Source: a virus. From it: a stretch of 64,000 nucleotides of DNA. The stretch spans positions 1 through 64,000 of the IMG/VR virus record IMGVR_UViG_3300008267_000265. One strand, written 5' to 3'. Below the pieces are notes generated by a model. It was not told the origin of the DNA. It saw only the letters and a list, made by a program, of their open reading frames with translations, and ran no database searches. The position numbers were made by a program, and so were the translations under genes. This document shows, one piece after another, positions 1 through 10,328 of this stretch (its first letter is position 1; the number at the start of each line of letters is the position of its first letter).

Positions 1-33
1 GCTCCAATAACATTCGACAACATTACATCACTC

Positions 34-339
34 TTACCCATTATTCTCTAATTTATATCTACTTAAAACTGTTTGTATATTTGTTGGTATTCTTAGCTGC
101 ACTCCGATAGGTGGGTATAACGAATCGCCTGGTAGTGCATTTGCGGATGCAATGATCCACCATAAGTTCACATCTTGATAAAAATCATATGCCATTAAAT
201 CAAGTCTATCTCCAATAGTTGTGATCACATAGTAATCTGTATCAGTTGGTTCGATTGTTGGATACACGTTAGCTTGATAGTACAAGCTACCTGTCATTCC
301 TTCTCTTGTTGTTGGTATGTTTTCATATCTAGATGCCAT
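34..339 (-). CDS. Baseplate protein, LysM/tail-X-like (T4 gp53-like)
   Basis: GDRLDLMAYDFYQDVNLWWIIASAN...LRIP motif; lies downstream of tape measure and tube-initiator genes. Confidence 0.75.
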   Translation of the reverse strand: MASRYENIPTTREGMTGSLYYQANVYPTIEPTDTDYYVITTIGDRLDLMAYDFYQDVNLWWIIASANALPGDSLYPPIGVQLRIPTNIQTVLSRYKLENNG

Positions 340-361
340 CTCTTGTTTGTTTTATTTTATT

Positions 362-1795
362 TTAAAAACCACCCGCTTTACCAAAAGTAGCGGCTGCACC
401 AGTGCTAGATTGAGCTCGAACTATCGGTGCAGCTGGTACTGTGGAAGCTCTTCTCGATCTCGGTGTTTTTTTCGTAGATGTCGTCTTTTTAGCTGCTTTC
501 GCTTGGTTCGTTGTAGTAACCGGTGCCTGTGCTGTATTAGTTGGTGTAGTGGCAGCTGTACTAGCTGTTGTACTCGCAACTTGTGCAGCTTGTGCAGCTT
601 GTGCGGCTTGTGCAGCAGTAGCTGCAGCGTTTGCTCTCTCTCCTAGTATGTTGGTCGGATCGTTAATTACTCCGTCACCAAAAGTTGAATCAGGAGTCAC
701 GTTGCCAATATATCTACTGTATAGATTCGCAGACGTTATCTTACTTGGTAAAATATCCATAATTGGAAAGAAGGTACACGCAACTGTCACATAGTGTGGT
801 AGTTGAGCTACCTCGTTCTTTTCGTCACCAAATGAATTTAGCATTATTTCCCACGGAGTATTGCTATTCTCTACTGTTATATTAACACTTTCTAGAAAGC
901 CTGGCATCCTGTAAATATAATCACCTATTGTCAATCTAACAACATTACCTCTCATTATATTTGTCCCTGGAGAATAGTCTGGGTATATTTGTGATACTAG
1001 TTGGTTTAGTTTGTTATACAGTGGTTTTAATTCCTGTCTGCTTTGTGCAGCAATCTTAAAAGTAAAAGATAAGGATCTGTTAAATCCTTGATATGTTCTG
1101 AATGTTTCACCACGACCTAAATACTTAAATGTGCTATACTCGGCTGTGTTATTATCAGTTATTGTGCCGTCTAAGAAAGCTCTAAAAATTAAAGCCACTG
1201 CATTATCTTGATAGTTATTATCTAAACATTCGAATGCAAATTTTATAATGTCGTTAGTTGTAGTACCTGGGCCTGTGCTATTTGGTACATCCCACGGAGT
1301 GTTTATGCTAGCGTCGTAGTAGAACGGATTGAGCATATTAAGCTGGTCTTGTCCATCTTCACTCGCGTTAGTGTATACGCTAGTACCTCCTGCAGCTAGT
1401 CCGCCTGGATTTCCTATTTTTAACCTGCCTTCCAATGACTCGTCTTGGTAGTCCCAACTAGGGTGTGATCCATCCAGCTCCTCTCTATAATCTCGTGGGG
1501 TTGGATATGCATTATAAAGACCTCTCTGCTGTGCTTGGTTAGCTAACTGCTGGTATGTAAACCCAATGGCTGAGTACGCAATCTCTTCAACCGGATCTTG
1601 AATCGGTTGTGTATCTACGGCTCTCTTTATTGCTGTGTATCCAATACCATAAACAGATCCAGGACCGCCTAAGTAGTTGTATATTTGATTCTGTAAAAGC
1701 GATATTCCCATTTTATCAATCAAACCAGGATCAATGCCTTGCCCCGTTGATGTGTTTGAGTTGTTTATAAAATTCGTACTACCGACTAGTTTCAA
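362..1795 (-). CDS. Baseplate/tail-tube initiator-like protein (gp48/gp54/CIS-tube-like), C-terminal part
   Basis: YLGRGETFRTYQGFNRSLSFTFKI...VRLTIGDYIYRMPGFLESVNIT motif. The TTG start is probably not real; likely one gene with 1779..2285, broken near 1804. Confidence 0.65.
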   Translation of the reverse strand: MKLVGSTNFINNSNTSTGQGIDPGLIDKMGISLLQNQIYNYLGGPGSVYGIGYTAIKRAVDTQPIQDPVEEIAYSAIGFTYQQLANQAQQRGLYNAYPTPRDYREELDGSHPSWDYQDESLEGRLKIGNPGGLAAGGTSVYTNASEDGQDQLNMLNPFYYDASINTPWDVPNSTGPGTTTNDIIKFAFECLDNNYQDNAVALIFRAFLDGTITDNNTAEYSTFKYLGRGETFRTYQGFNRSLSFTFKIAAQSRQELKPLYNKLNQLVSQIYPDYSPGTNIMRGNVVRLTIGDYIYRMPGFLESVNITVENSNTPWEIMLNSFGDEKNEVAQLPHYVTVACTFFPIMDILPSKITSANLYSRYIGNVTPDSTFGDGVINDPTNILGERANAAATAAQAAQAAQAAQVASTTASTAATTPTNTAQAPVTTTNQAKAAKKTTSTKKTPRSRRASTVPAAPIVRAQSSTGAAATFGKAGGF

Positions 1796-2285
1796 AGCTC
1801 TTAATCCCTTGTCTATTGAAATGTGCTCCAGTACCGCTAACTCTTACTTGAGCTAATGTGTTTAATTCACTATATGTTTGTGTAACTGGCAGCACTACAT
1901 TGCCTAATGATAAGCCAGCAAACTCTAATGCTTGTGGTACTTGTGTTCTTGGATTAGTTAATCCTAAACCCTTCTGCTTCTCTATAAAGGTTGTACCGCG
2001 TGGTTTATCTTTAAAAAAAGCTTCTATTCTTCTTACATCTATTGCAGCTGATATTGTTGCATCGCCACCCTCCACCAATTGTGTTATAGAACCACCCCTA
2101 ATTGGAAAATCTAAACTTGTTCTATTAGCACTGTAGTATGTTGCAAATGGATCGGCTACATTACCGTTGTCTATTGGTGCTTGTATAAAAGGCTGCCCGC
2201 TATATCCACCACCCGGTCTATCACCTGTATCAGGCTGACCGTATTTAAGGCTTGTTAGATTGGTTCTAAAGTTAATTAATGGCAT
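1779..2285 (-). CDS. N-terminal part of the baseplate protein above (frame broken)
   Basis: ATG abuts the upstream stop; overlaps 362..1795 in another frame. Confidence 0.55.
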   Translation of the reverse strand: MPLINFRTNLTSLKYGQPDTGDRPGGGYSGQPFIQAPIDNGNVADPFATYYSANRTSLDFPIRGGSITQLVEGGDATISAAIDVRRIEAFFKDKPRGTTFIEKQKGLGLTNPRTQVPQALEFAGLSLGNVVLPVTQTYSELNTLAQVRVSGTGAHFNRQGIKSFETSR

Positions 2286-2286
2286 C

Positions 2287-2757
2287 TTATATTCGGTTAG
2301 CTGCTTTTAAATAATTCAAATACGTTGGCTGTGGTAATGAGTTAAAGGTTATGTCAATTGGATCTAAGATGGGTGGTATTATCTCTGATCTATCTGGGAC
2401 TGAGTAACCTCTTATCACAGCAGCTACGTTTTGAGGTACTCCCTCGAACTTACCTGTTGGATTTGTTTTACCACGCTTACTTAATTTTGAGTTAGGTATT
2501 TGTCCTAGTAATGTATCAGTAGCACCTGGCGTTTGATCATGTACTCCTGATGTGATTACTCTACCGTCGTTACTTAAATTTGTATCAGCTGCTTGTTGTG
2601 CTGCTGATTGCTGAGTTATTGGTGGTGTGGACGGTACTGGGTTGCTGTTGCCGAAGATAGGACTTGGATTCACATTCGTGTCCATTGGATCCGGTAGTAT
2701 GAACGCATTAACTAGTCCTAGGTTGGTATCTGTACTTTGATCTGTTATTCTTGGCAT
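2287..2757 (-). CDS. Hypothetical tail/baseplate protein
   Basis: 156 aa ORF tightly packed in the tail operon. Confidence 0.6.
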   Translation of the reverse strand: MPRITDQSTDTNLGLVNAFILPDPMDTNVNPSPIFGNSNPVPSTPPITQQSAAQQAADTNLSNDGRVITSGVHDQTPGATDTLLGQIPNSKLSKRGKTNPTGKFEGVPQNVAAVIRGYSVPDRSEIIPPILDPIDITFNSLPQPTYLNYLKAANRI

Positions 2758-2769
2758 AGTTATCCTATT

Positions 2770-5109
2770 TTAGGTGTGATAAATTGTTGATGCATTTCTA
2801 TTGTAAGCTACTGCTACTTCACGACCATCTATCTGTACTGATTGCTTTTGATTAATCATTGCTGCTAATAACTCGTTAGTTTTCTTTTGTGCATCCAGCT
2901 GATCTTTTATTACTGATATTGAATTAGCTCCTAGGTAAACTTCACCCTTATCGACTTTTGCCATACCCGTCTCCGTTACAATGCCGCCATCTGCTAGTCC
3001 AATACCACCGCTTACTGCTCTTATTCCACCTGTAAACATTCCGGTGCCGCTTGATACAGTTTCTGATAAGCCTTTGAACATATCACCATACTTATTACTA
3101 AAGATGCCAGCAAAATCACCTATCATCGCAAGCGTTCCTGATATTATTTGACCTACTGTATCAATAGCTTGTGCAAGTCCACTTAGAACGGATTTAATGA
3201 AGCCGTTTACTCTTTCAGGCTTTGTTAAAAAATCAAAGATCTGAGATTTTTCTATAAAATCAATAAACGTTTGTTTAATTTTTTCCATAACAGCTGCTAA
3301 TTTTTCAGCTATTGAAATTTGCGTGTAACTTGCATACATCTCTTCTCCCAACATTTCTTTTAACTGTTGCTTACCCTTTACTGTTTTATTAAGTATGTTA
3401 AAGTTAGCTAGTGCATCTTTTTGATTAGTTGCACTCAGCTTATTATACATTTCTTGTTTTGTCAACACATCTGCTAAGCTATCAGCTGTCATATTCACTG
3501 CAGCTGCTATTGCCTCTTGTTTGAATCTGTCCATTTCGAGAAACTCACTAGCAGTCCCAACATTCTTAGCAATCTCAGCAGACAATTCCGCATATCTATT
3601 ATTCATAGCGGCGTCCCTTGCTTTTGTTAGATTCATCTCTTTTCCACTAATTACCTGTGCTTCAAATTCCTTTGATATACTGCTTTCAAAATCTAAAAAG
3701 CCGCCTGCTGTATCACGTAGCTCTTTCAAATCAAATCCGAGTACCTTAACCTTCATCATTGTACTTGCTATCTTGCCTGGAAATTTAGCAAACTCCAATC
3801 CTAGTACTCCTGATAGTTTAGCAAGGTCTCCCATTACATTACGGAAGTTAAATGATATGCCTGTCATTTTCTTAACATATCCAACTTGTCCCATTAGCTC
3901 CTTAGTAAGACCTTCTGCGTTCTTACCTGTAATTATACTTAATTGAGCTATCTTTTCTCTTGATTGTAATTCAAATCCTGCAATGTCTTTTAATTTAACA
4001 TCGTTTTCTAGAATGCTTCTAGACATTATATTATTAACACCTAAAGCTTCGGAGAGCTCCACTTGCTGCTCAAGCAATCTTGTCTGATTAACGACTATGT
4101 TATTAGATGATAAGGATATTTGTTGAAACTCAGCTCTTATCCCTTGTGCTGCTTTGAGTGAAATTCCTTGATTTCTTGCGAAATTTACCTGTGCTTGGTT
4201 GATACCCAAAATAGCTTGTAATAGTGTATTAAATCCTTTTACCGCCATGCTGATATATCCACCCACTACTGGTATGAGATCTGTAAAGCCTGTGATGAGA
4301 TTAGTAACACCGTCCATCATGCTTGTGACACCTTTTCCAGATGCCTTACCACCACCAATGCCGTAGCCACCGCTATCAATTAAGGCGGCAGCTTCGCTCA
4401 GTGGTGCAGTTAACCCATCCATCACTGCTTTTTTTACTGCCTGAAATGGTGCTGCTAATGCTTTTACTTTTGCTATTAAAAGTCCTGCTATTGCTCCGTA
4501 CGGACCTGCTGCTGCAAGTGCTGCTTCTGATCCACCCCCTCCCTCGCTTGCCAGCTCGCCTGTATTAGCTCCACCCCCTGCTTTTGCACGTGCTAGATCA
4601 ATACTTTTTTGCTTAGCTTCTTTAGACCTAAATAGATCGGCTATCTTACCACCTAACCCTCGTTTTTTATTAATATCTTCTACTAAGTTCTTTTCTGCTT
4701 CAAGAGCTGCTTTTTGTTTAGCTGCTGCTGCTTCTTGCATTCGTAAATAACCACCATGAGTTTTCATTAAATACTCTAAGTTAGCTTTCTCCGCTGCCAT
4801 TAACCTCTTTGTGTTCGCTATTTGCTGTTGATTACCGTTTCTTCTGTAGTTAACTAAATCTTGCTCTAATCTCTTTATCGATAAGATGGAGGTCTGTGTG
4901 TCTCTAGAGTTTTTTGCTTCTTGTCCTTGCAGCTTGTTAAGCTCTCTCATAAGACTAGCCTGCTCTTTGGTAGCTCTATTTATCTGCTTTTTGACCTTTA
5001 AAATATTGGACCAAGAAAGTTGCTCCTTCTCTATGCGTCCAACATCTGATGGATCTACGTTGGGATTAGACGGTCTTCCCGCTGGTCCTGGATTTTGAGA
5101 TGTTGCCAT
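2770..5109 (-). CDS. Tape measure protein
   Basis: 779 aa, helical, Ala/Gly/Lys-rich; LDFESSISKEFEAQVISGKEMNLTKAR and C-terminal LADGGIV...VQIDGREV motifs; follows the chaperone pair. Confidence 0.8.
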   Translation of the reverse strand: MATSQNPGPAGRPSNPNVDPSDVGRIEKEQLSWSNILKVKKQINRATKEQASLMRELNKLQGQEAKNSRDTQTSILSIKRLEQDLVNYRRNGNQQQIANTKRLMAAEKANLEYLMKTHGGYLRMQEAAAAKQKAALEAEKNLVEDINKKRGLGGKIADLFRSKEAKQKSIDLARAKAGGGANTGELASEGGGGSEAALAAAGPYGAIAGLLIAKVKALAAPFQAVKKAVMDGLTAPLSEAAALIDSGGYGIGGGKASGKGVTSMMDGVTNLITGFTDLIPVVGGYISMAVKGFNTLLQAILGINQAQVNFARNQGISLKAAQGIRAEFQQISLSSNNIVVNQTRLLEQQVELSEALGVNNIMSRSILENDVKLKDIAGFELQSREKIAQLSIITGKNAEGLTKELMGQVGYVKKMTGISFNFRNVMGDLAKLSGVLGLEFAKFPGKIASTMMKVKVLGFDLKELRDTAGGFLDFESSISKEFEAQVISGKEMNLTKARDAAMNNRYAELSAEIAKNVGTASEFLEMDRFKQEAIAAAVNMTADSLADVLTKQEMYNKLSATNQKDALANFNILNKTVKGKQQLKEMLGEEMYASYTQISIAEKLAAVMEKIKQTFIDFIEKSQIFDFLTKPERVNGFIKSVLSGLAQAIDTVGQIISGTLAMIGDFAGIFSNKYGDMFKGLSETVSSGTGMFTGGIRAVSGGIGLADGGIVTETGMAKVDKGEVYLGANSISVIKDQLDAQKKTNELLAAMINQKQSVQIDGREVAVAYNRNASTIYHT

Positions 5110-5138
5110 GTTAATCTAGTTCTTGTGTAAATAAATAG

Positions 5139-5432
5139 CTATTTTCTAGATTTTACTGTCGATGTGTAAGTCGGCTTAGCTACGACCTCTTCCTTACCCT
5201 TCATTGTAGGTGGTTTGCTAATTTTAGGTTTATCTGCAGTTATGATTTCTCTTTCTTCACGAGCTTCTTTAACCTTCTCTAAATGCTCGTTTATAAAGCG
5301 AAGATTAAGCCTCCTCTCGGAAACTGACATACTCATCACCTCCGACCAAGTGAAGCCACCTCCGCCGTGATAAACTAGCTCAAACACCTCTCTTTTGTAG
5401 ACCGCTCTATACTCAGTTCCTGGGAAAAAAAA
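5139..5432 (-). CDS. Tail/baseplate-hub assembly chaperone, second part (gp51/lambda gpT-like), probably reached by frameshift
   Basis: Frame is open from the T9 run (5425-5433) with no upstream ATG; FTWSEVMSMSVSERR motif. Confidence 0.6.
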   Translation of the reverse strand, partial: FFFPGTEYRAVYKREVFELVYHGGGGFTWSEVMSMSVSERRLNLRFINEHLEKVKEAREEREIITADKPKISKPPTMKGKEEVVAKPTYTSTVKSRK

Positions 5433-6165
5433 ATTCAGCCGTTAAAGGTAGTGTATCCGTGACTTCTGTGCCGTTGGATAACTTGAAGTCTACCGTGAGA
5501 TCGATGTCTGGAGTAATACTCGTAATATAGGATCTAAGTGCATTAGAATCCCTAGCAAGCATTATCGTATCTACAAAGTCTCTTACTGACTTGGCGTTGT
5601 AGTCGCCGTTTATTGAAGTTATTTGGTGCTTTAAACGTGTTGTTAATTCACCGGTCTGTATGTTTGCTTTTTTAAGACCTTTTAGTTCCTGGTCTATCTT
5701 TTTTTCATCTCCTACTGTAAGTAGTTTTACAGTTACCACATTCTTAGATGCTGGTAGCTCGAAAGTAAATTCATTCTTATTGTTGTATAGACTGTGGTCT
5801 ACTACTTTATCCTTAATCTGTTGTAAATCGATTGTGATCTGCTCTCTGTTTTCTGTTTCAGGATCTTGATACTCGAAAGTATAGGTTGATCCGTATCCTA
5901 AAATTCTTGCAGCAATCAATAGTGCATTTCTATCACCTAACAACAAGTCCTCATACTGGATTGGTGACTTGATTAATGCTTGAAGCATTTTCTCAATTGC
6001 TAAACCTTGTCTTAATAAATTTGCATTTGTTAGGATATCTTCCTCTCTTGCTGTCATATACTTCATTTCTACTGTACCCGATGAGAGTGGATTTTCTGTT
6101 TCGTAAACTTTTCCTTGTGATGGAAGTGTAACTGTTTCTGTTGGGAGAGCTATTTTTTCAGCCAT
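5413..6165 (-). CDS. Baseplate hub/tail assembly chaperone (T4 gp26-like)
   Basis: LPSQG...MKYMTAREEDIL...LLLGDRNALLIAARILGYG motifs; ends in FFFP. Confidence 0.75.
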   Translation of the reverse strand: MAEKIALPTETVTLPSQGKVYETENPLSSGTVEMKYMTAREEDILTNANLLRQGLAIEKMLQALIKSPIQYEDLLLGDRNALLIAARILGYGSTYTFEYQDPETENREQITIDLQQIKDKVVDHSLYNNKNEFTFELPASKNVVTVKLLTVGDEKKIDQELKGLKKANIQTGELTTRLKHQITSINGDYNAKSVRDFVDTIMLARDSNALRSYITSITPDIDLTVDFKLSNGTEVTDTLPLTAEFFFPRN

Positions 6166-6212
6166 AATCTTTATTTGTTTATTATAAATATATACGAATT
6201 AGGTTTTACAAT

Positions 6213-6242
6213 AAAAAAACCCCTCTTTTTTTGAGAGGGGCT
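6213..6242 (-). terminator. Intrinsic terminator
   Basis: CCCCTCT/AGAGGGG stem followed by a T-tract on the minus strand. Confidence 0.8.
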
Positions 6243-6263
6243 ATTATAAGTTAGTTTATTTTA

Positions 6264-7460
6264 TTAAACTGCGTAGGTAATTATTACAACACCGTTTCCA
6301 CCACTTCCACCGGCTCCCCAGTTACTTGCTTGATCTGATAATGCTCCACCTCCACCTCCGCTTCCGGATACGCCATTTCCACCGTTACCACGTACACCAC
6401 CGCCACCGTTTCCGCCTATGCTAGATCCACCAGCTCCACCTGCACCCGGTCCAACATTTACATCACCACCACCACCGCCACCGGCTGCATATGCTTTTGA
6501 AGTACCGTCTTGTAAAAAATAAGACTTACCTGCACCGCCTGCACCGCCACTCCAAATAAGGAATGGAGCATTCCAAGTTGATGTAGCCGGATTACCTACT
6601 GCTGTAGCACCACCGCCACCAGCTCCTGATCTTCCTCCTTGCAATCCACCCGCTGATCCACTGTCTGCAAATATAGCAGATCCTGATGGGTTACCACCAC
6701 CTCCTGATGCACCGTCTCCACCTGCAGGTTGTCCGCCGTATCCACCACCTGATCCTGTGAAGCTAAGAACTGCGTCGACACCACCTTGAAAGCTGGTTAC
6801 TGTTGAGCCTGTTACAAATCTAAAACTATTTCCTACTGTACCACCTATACTCGCTGTTAAATTAAGGTTTCCACCAGGATGATTAGCAATTATATTAAAG
6901 CTCGATGATAACGAATTAATTTTAGCAGCTAGATTTGAGGTTGTTGCTGTTACTCCTGAAGCTGATACAACATAGTAATTTGGAAATACGTCTACTTGAG
7001 TAGTACTTCCTGTTATATAAAACCTACCAGCTACCGATCCCGTTAATTGGATGTATGTGCCATCTGCCCATGAAGTTATAGTTACTGAGGCTGTTGCGAA
7101 ATTTGATTGTTGAGCAAAGCTGGATGTACCACCGTTAGTTGATCCTATTGCTGGGTAGTTGCCGCCTTGACCTCCTGCACCAACTACTGCATTCCATATA
7201 GGGTAAGTGGTTGTCATTATGTAGGAACTTGTGTAGAATATACCACCAGCACCACCACCATTTCCACGGGTAGTAGCATTTGATTCGCCACCACCCCCTA
7301 AAGCTCCACCGCCTCCGCCTCCTACAACTAATACCTGAATGGCTTGTGTACCAGTTCCGGTAATTGTAAGATTTCCTGTGCTTGTAAATGTATGCGATTT
7401 ATAATTAACAGCTCCTGATGTGAAGGTTGTTTCAGTGCCGCCTGATAGTGTTAAGGCCAT
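6264..7460 (-). CDS. Glycine-rich virion/adhesin-like protein
   Basis: HTFTSTG...VLVVGGGGGG...GGSGGNGVVIITY architecture; has its own upstream motif and terminator. Confidence 0.65.
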   Translation of the reverse strand: MALTLSGGTETTFTSGAVNYKSHTFTSTGNLTITGTGTQAIQVLVVGGGGGGALGGGGESNATTRGNGGGAGGIFYTSSYIMTTTYPIWNAVVGAGGQGGNYPAIGSTNGGTSSFAQQSNFATASVTITSWADGTYIQLTGSVAGRFYITGSTTQVDVFPNYYVVSASGVTATTSNLAAKINSLSSSFNIIANHPGGNLNLTASIGGTVGNSFRFVTGSTVTSFQGGVDAVLSFTGSGGGYGGQPAGGDGASGGGGNPSGSAIFADSGSAGGLQGGRSGAGGGGATAVGNPATSTWNAPFLIWSGGAGGAGKSYFLQDGTSKAYAAGGGGGGDVNVGPGAGGAGGSSIGGNGGGGVRGNGGNGVSGSGGGGGALSDQASNWGAGGSGGNGVVIITYAV

Positions 7461-7508
7461 GATTTTTGATTTAGTGGGTTATGTGTTAATAAATAGTTTT
7501 TAAAATAG

Positions 7509-7533
7509 AAAACCCCTCTTTTTGAGAGGGGCT
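7509..7533 (-). terminator. Intrinsic terminator after the tail tube gene
   Basis: Near-identical to the hairpin at 6213-6242. Confidence 0.8.
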
Positions 7534-7553
7534 TAGTAATATTTGTAAATTGA

Positions 7554-8039
7554 TTAGTAGTTTAAAATACAATAATCCATTCCAATTCCAAGTTCGATTG
7601 TGATCGCATCTTGGTTAGACCAGTCATAAGATCCGAAGTTAGATGTCTTAATGAAGGCTCCTTTGATGATCCACTCACTAACCACATCACCCACCGGTCC
7701 TAAAATAGATAGGTTTAAATCCTTTTTATAGAAGTCTGAATAGCCATCACGTCCTGTTACAGATTCGTGAGATAGACGAATCCACTCCATTACAGCCTGC
7801 TGGCCAGAAGGAGAGATTGGATTATAGAGGTTAAGAGTCATATCTTGCCACTCGGCTTTTCCTTTTATCTTACGATACACGTTGATATGATCTAACTTAA
7901 CTTCGTTTAAGTTTATGTTTGGAGCTGTTGCACTTTTAATCATGAAGGATGGGATACCATCAACATACATGATAAAGCGGTTCTGAACGGTCGGTTCATA
8001 CGCCGTGAACATTATTTCGTTTGGATCTAATACTGGCAT
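7554..8039 (-). CDS. gp19: Tail tube protein (T4 gp19-like)
   Basis: EPTVQNRF...KGKAEWQDMTL...YKKDLNLSILGPVGDVVSEWIIKGAF; follows sheath. Confidence 0.9.
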   Translation of the reverse strand: MPVLDPNEIMFTAYEPTVQNRFIMYVDGIPSFMIKSATAPNINLNEVKLDHINVYRKIKGKAEWQDMTLNLYNPISPSGQQAVMEWIRLSHESVTGRDGYSDFYKKDLNLSILGPVGDVVSEWIIKGAFIKTSNFGSYDWSNQDAITIELGIGMDYCILNY

Positions 8040-8069
8040 GTTATTACTTTTAAATAAATAGTACTGTTA

Positions 8070-8462
8070 TTATTTTTTAGTTTTCCCTATCTTTACTAAT
8101 TGCGCAGCTGTCTTAGCAGCATCTTCTTCTGAAAACCCAGCCTTCATAAGATCTTTTTTTAGATCCTCTTCAGTACCCATTTCTGCTCCTCCGAACATAT
8201 CATCACTACCCATGTGATCATCATCGTCATCAAAATCGTTGTATTCTTCTACCTTTTTCATTTTTTCGGTAGATTCCTCCATTGCCTTCATTTTATCGGT
8301 TTTGCTAACTTCTGGAGATTTTTTAGCTTTTGGTGTCTTTACGGCTTCTGTGTAAGCACCACCAGACATATCCATCTTTTTAGCTTCTGCGATGATTTGT
8401 TTGCTTAGGGATTCGAATAGCTGCTTTGATAGACGAATTCTAACTTTTGTGTTGTTGTTCAT
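8070..8462 (-). CDS. Charged hypothetical protein, possible internal head protein
   Basis: 130 aa, K/E/D-rich, contains LFE and IIAE motifs. Confidence 0.55.
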   Translation of the reverse strand: MNNNTKVRIRLSKQLFESLSKQIIAEAKKMDMSGGAYTEAVKTPKAKKSPEVSKTDKMKAMEESTEKMKKVEEYNDFDDDDDHMGSDDMFGGAEMGTEEDLKKDLMKAGFSEEDAAKTAAQLVKIGKTKK

Positions 8463-8478
8463 TGGTTATTGTTTTGTC

Positions 8479-10257
8479 TTACGGTTGACCAAAGGTTACT
8501 CCAGTTGGTAAGATGTTAAAGTCTAATTGAATAAATTCTGCTGTTCTAGTTGGTTGTAAGTAAATAGCACCTACTAACAAGTTTCTATCGATTACATCTG
8601 GCGTGTTGTTAGTGTCATCCATTACAACTCTGAAGGAGAACAAACCTTGTCTTTGTTGTACATACTGTAGGTATGGATTAACTTGAGATAAGAATCTGTT
8701 TCTTGTTACAGCTGTGTTTTGTTCGAAGACTAATGTTTGAGCAATTTGACCAATGTAACTCTTAAGAGCAATCAATAGTCTTCTTACGTTTACTCTATCA
8801 AGTGCTGATGCACGAGCTTGTAAAGTCTTTTGACCGTAGATTACTGTTCCTTGTCCTGGGAATACTGCGATTGGGTTTACTTTTGCAGTATACAATATGT
8901 TTCTTTGACCTACTGTTAATCTTCTTTCAGGTTGGATTACTGTTGGTAGACCACCTCTGTTAAGACCTGCAGGTGCAAACCACTCAGCAGATACCTTATC
9001 ATTGTATTCATATACAGCTGGTACAATCGTAGAAGCTGGAACGAAATGTAGTTTACCTGTCTCAGTTGATCTTACCTGTACCCATGGCCAGTATGTAGCA
9101 CCATATGAATTATCGTAGCTTTGTGCTGCTGATGTAGTAGTTGTAATTGATGAATTATATCCAACCACATCAACTACTGCAATAGCATCTCCGCGATCTT
9201 GTACTGTACCTAATAGTGCACTTATTTGTGACGGTGCGTTTTGACTGGTGATACCAGGTGCGTAGATTGATTTATATAAATATGAATCTTTATTCGCTAG
9301 TAAGTTAATTGCTAGATCGTAATCACCTGCAAACAAGCCTTGTGTATTATTTGCTGCTGTTGTTGCTGGTACTGTTGGAATGTCCTCGAATAAATTTAAA
9401 GGCTGTACTCCAAAGCATCCGTACAAAGGACCGTTAGCACCACCGAAGGATCCGTTAAAAGAACCACTACCGTTTCTAGGAATAGATCCTGTATAAGCTG
9501 GTTGTGGTTGTCCGTTTGGAGTTAGGTAATTCGGTGTTGGGTAGTTAACTTGCTTAACTCTAACATAGTTTGATGAGTTAGGATAGCTACCAGTTGTTTG
9601 TAAATATGCTTGACCGTATTCATCTACCAGTACAGTTTGAGTTTGGTTACCAATGATGTACTCAATGTAGTTATTTTGATTTGGATCCAACGATAAGTTA
9701 GTCCAAGTTTCTAACACAGTTTGTGAGTTGGTATAATCATCACCTCTTCTGATCAATAATGTAAAGTATCCAGAAGCTGAGTCAGCTTGTGCAACTTGCC
9801 ATCTAACGTTTGATGCAGATCCTGATGGTAGTATTCCGTTTTGGTTTACTGCAGCTGATGATGAAAAACTGTTGTTCATTACATCACCTACAGATAAAGT
9901 TTCAAGTACGAAAGCGCCATCTGTTGCACCTGCAATGTTATTTGGAATTACTGACGATGTTGCTGGTGTGTATGATCCACTAGCTACCCTAGTTACCAAT
10001 AACGAAGTACCACCTTGCTGAAAATAGTTGTAGGCTGCTTGAGAAGTTAAATACTCTCTAGTAGTACCTCCAGAAATGAAGGTAGTACCAAACCTAGCTC
10101 TATATTCAGAGTAAGATGTTACTAAGGTTGGAATGTTGGGTTTACCTACTACTGTAGGTCCAATCAAAGCTGCGCCAACGTCAATTGGGCCTGCTGTTAT
10201 TTGAGAAAGATCGTTTTCTCTAAGAAATACGCCTGGTGAGATTAGTGCTTCTGCCAT
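8479..10257 (-). CDS. gp18: Contractile tail sheath (T4 gp18-like)
   Basis: SPGVFLRE, YWPW, WFAPAGLNRG, RVNVRRLL, FEQN and PTRTAEFI motifs. Confidence 0.95.
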   Translation of the reverse strand: MAEALISPGVFLRENDLSQITAGPIDVGAALIGPTVVGKPNIPTLVTSYSEYRARFGTTFISGGTTREYLTSQAAYNYFQQGGTSLLVTRVASGSYTPATSSVIPNNIAGATDGAFVLETLSVGDVMNNSFSSSAAVNQNGILPSGSASNVRWQVAQADSASGYFTLLIRRGDDYTNSQTVLETWTNLSLDPNQNNYIEYIIGNQTQTVLVDEYGQAYLQTTGSYPNSSNYVRVKQVNYPTPNYLTPNGQPQPAYTGSIPRNGSGSFNGSFGGANGPLYGCFGVQPLNLFEDIPTVPATTAANNTQGLFAGDYDLAINLLANKDSYLYKSIYAPGITSQNAPSQISALLGTVQDRGDAIAVVDVVGYNSSITTTTSAAQSYDNSYGATYWPWVQVRSTETGKLHFVPASTIVPAVYEYNDKVSAEWFAPAGLNRGGLPTVIQPERRLTVGQRNILYTAKVNPIAVFPGQGTVIYGQKTLQARASALDRVNVRRLLIALKSYIGQIAQTLVFEQNTAVTRNRFLSQVNPYLQYVQQRQGLFSFRVVMDDTNNTPDVIDRNLLVGAIYLQPTRTAEFIQLDFNILPTGVTFGQP

Positions 10258-10328
10258 TTTATTATTTTATTTCTACTAATAAATAGCTATTACTAGTGGC
10301 AAAACCTAATTTATTATAAAGCTGTATT

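Noticed and set aside
1779-1806. Programmed frameshifts at 1804, 14344, 43643 and 44901
   Set aside because: No slippery sequence at these sites and sequence appears to be missing; deletion fits better
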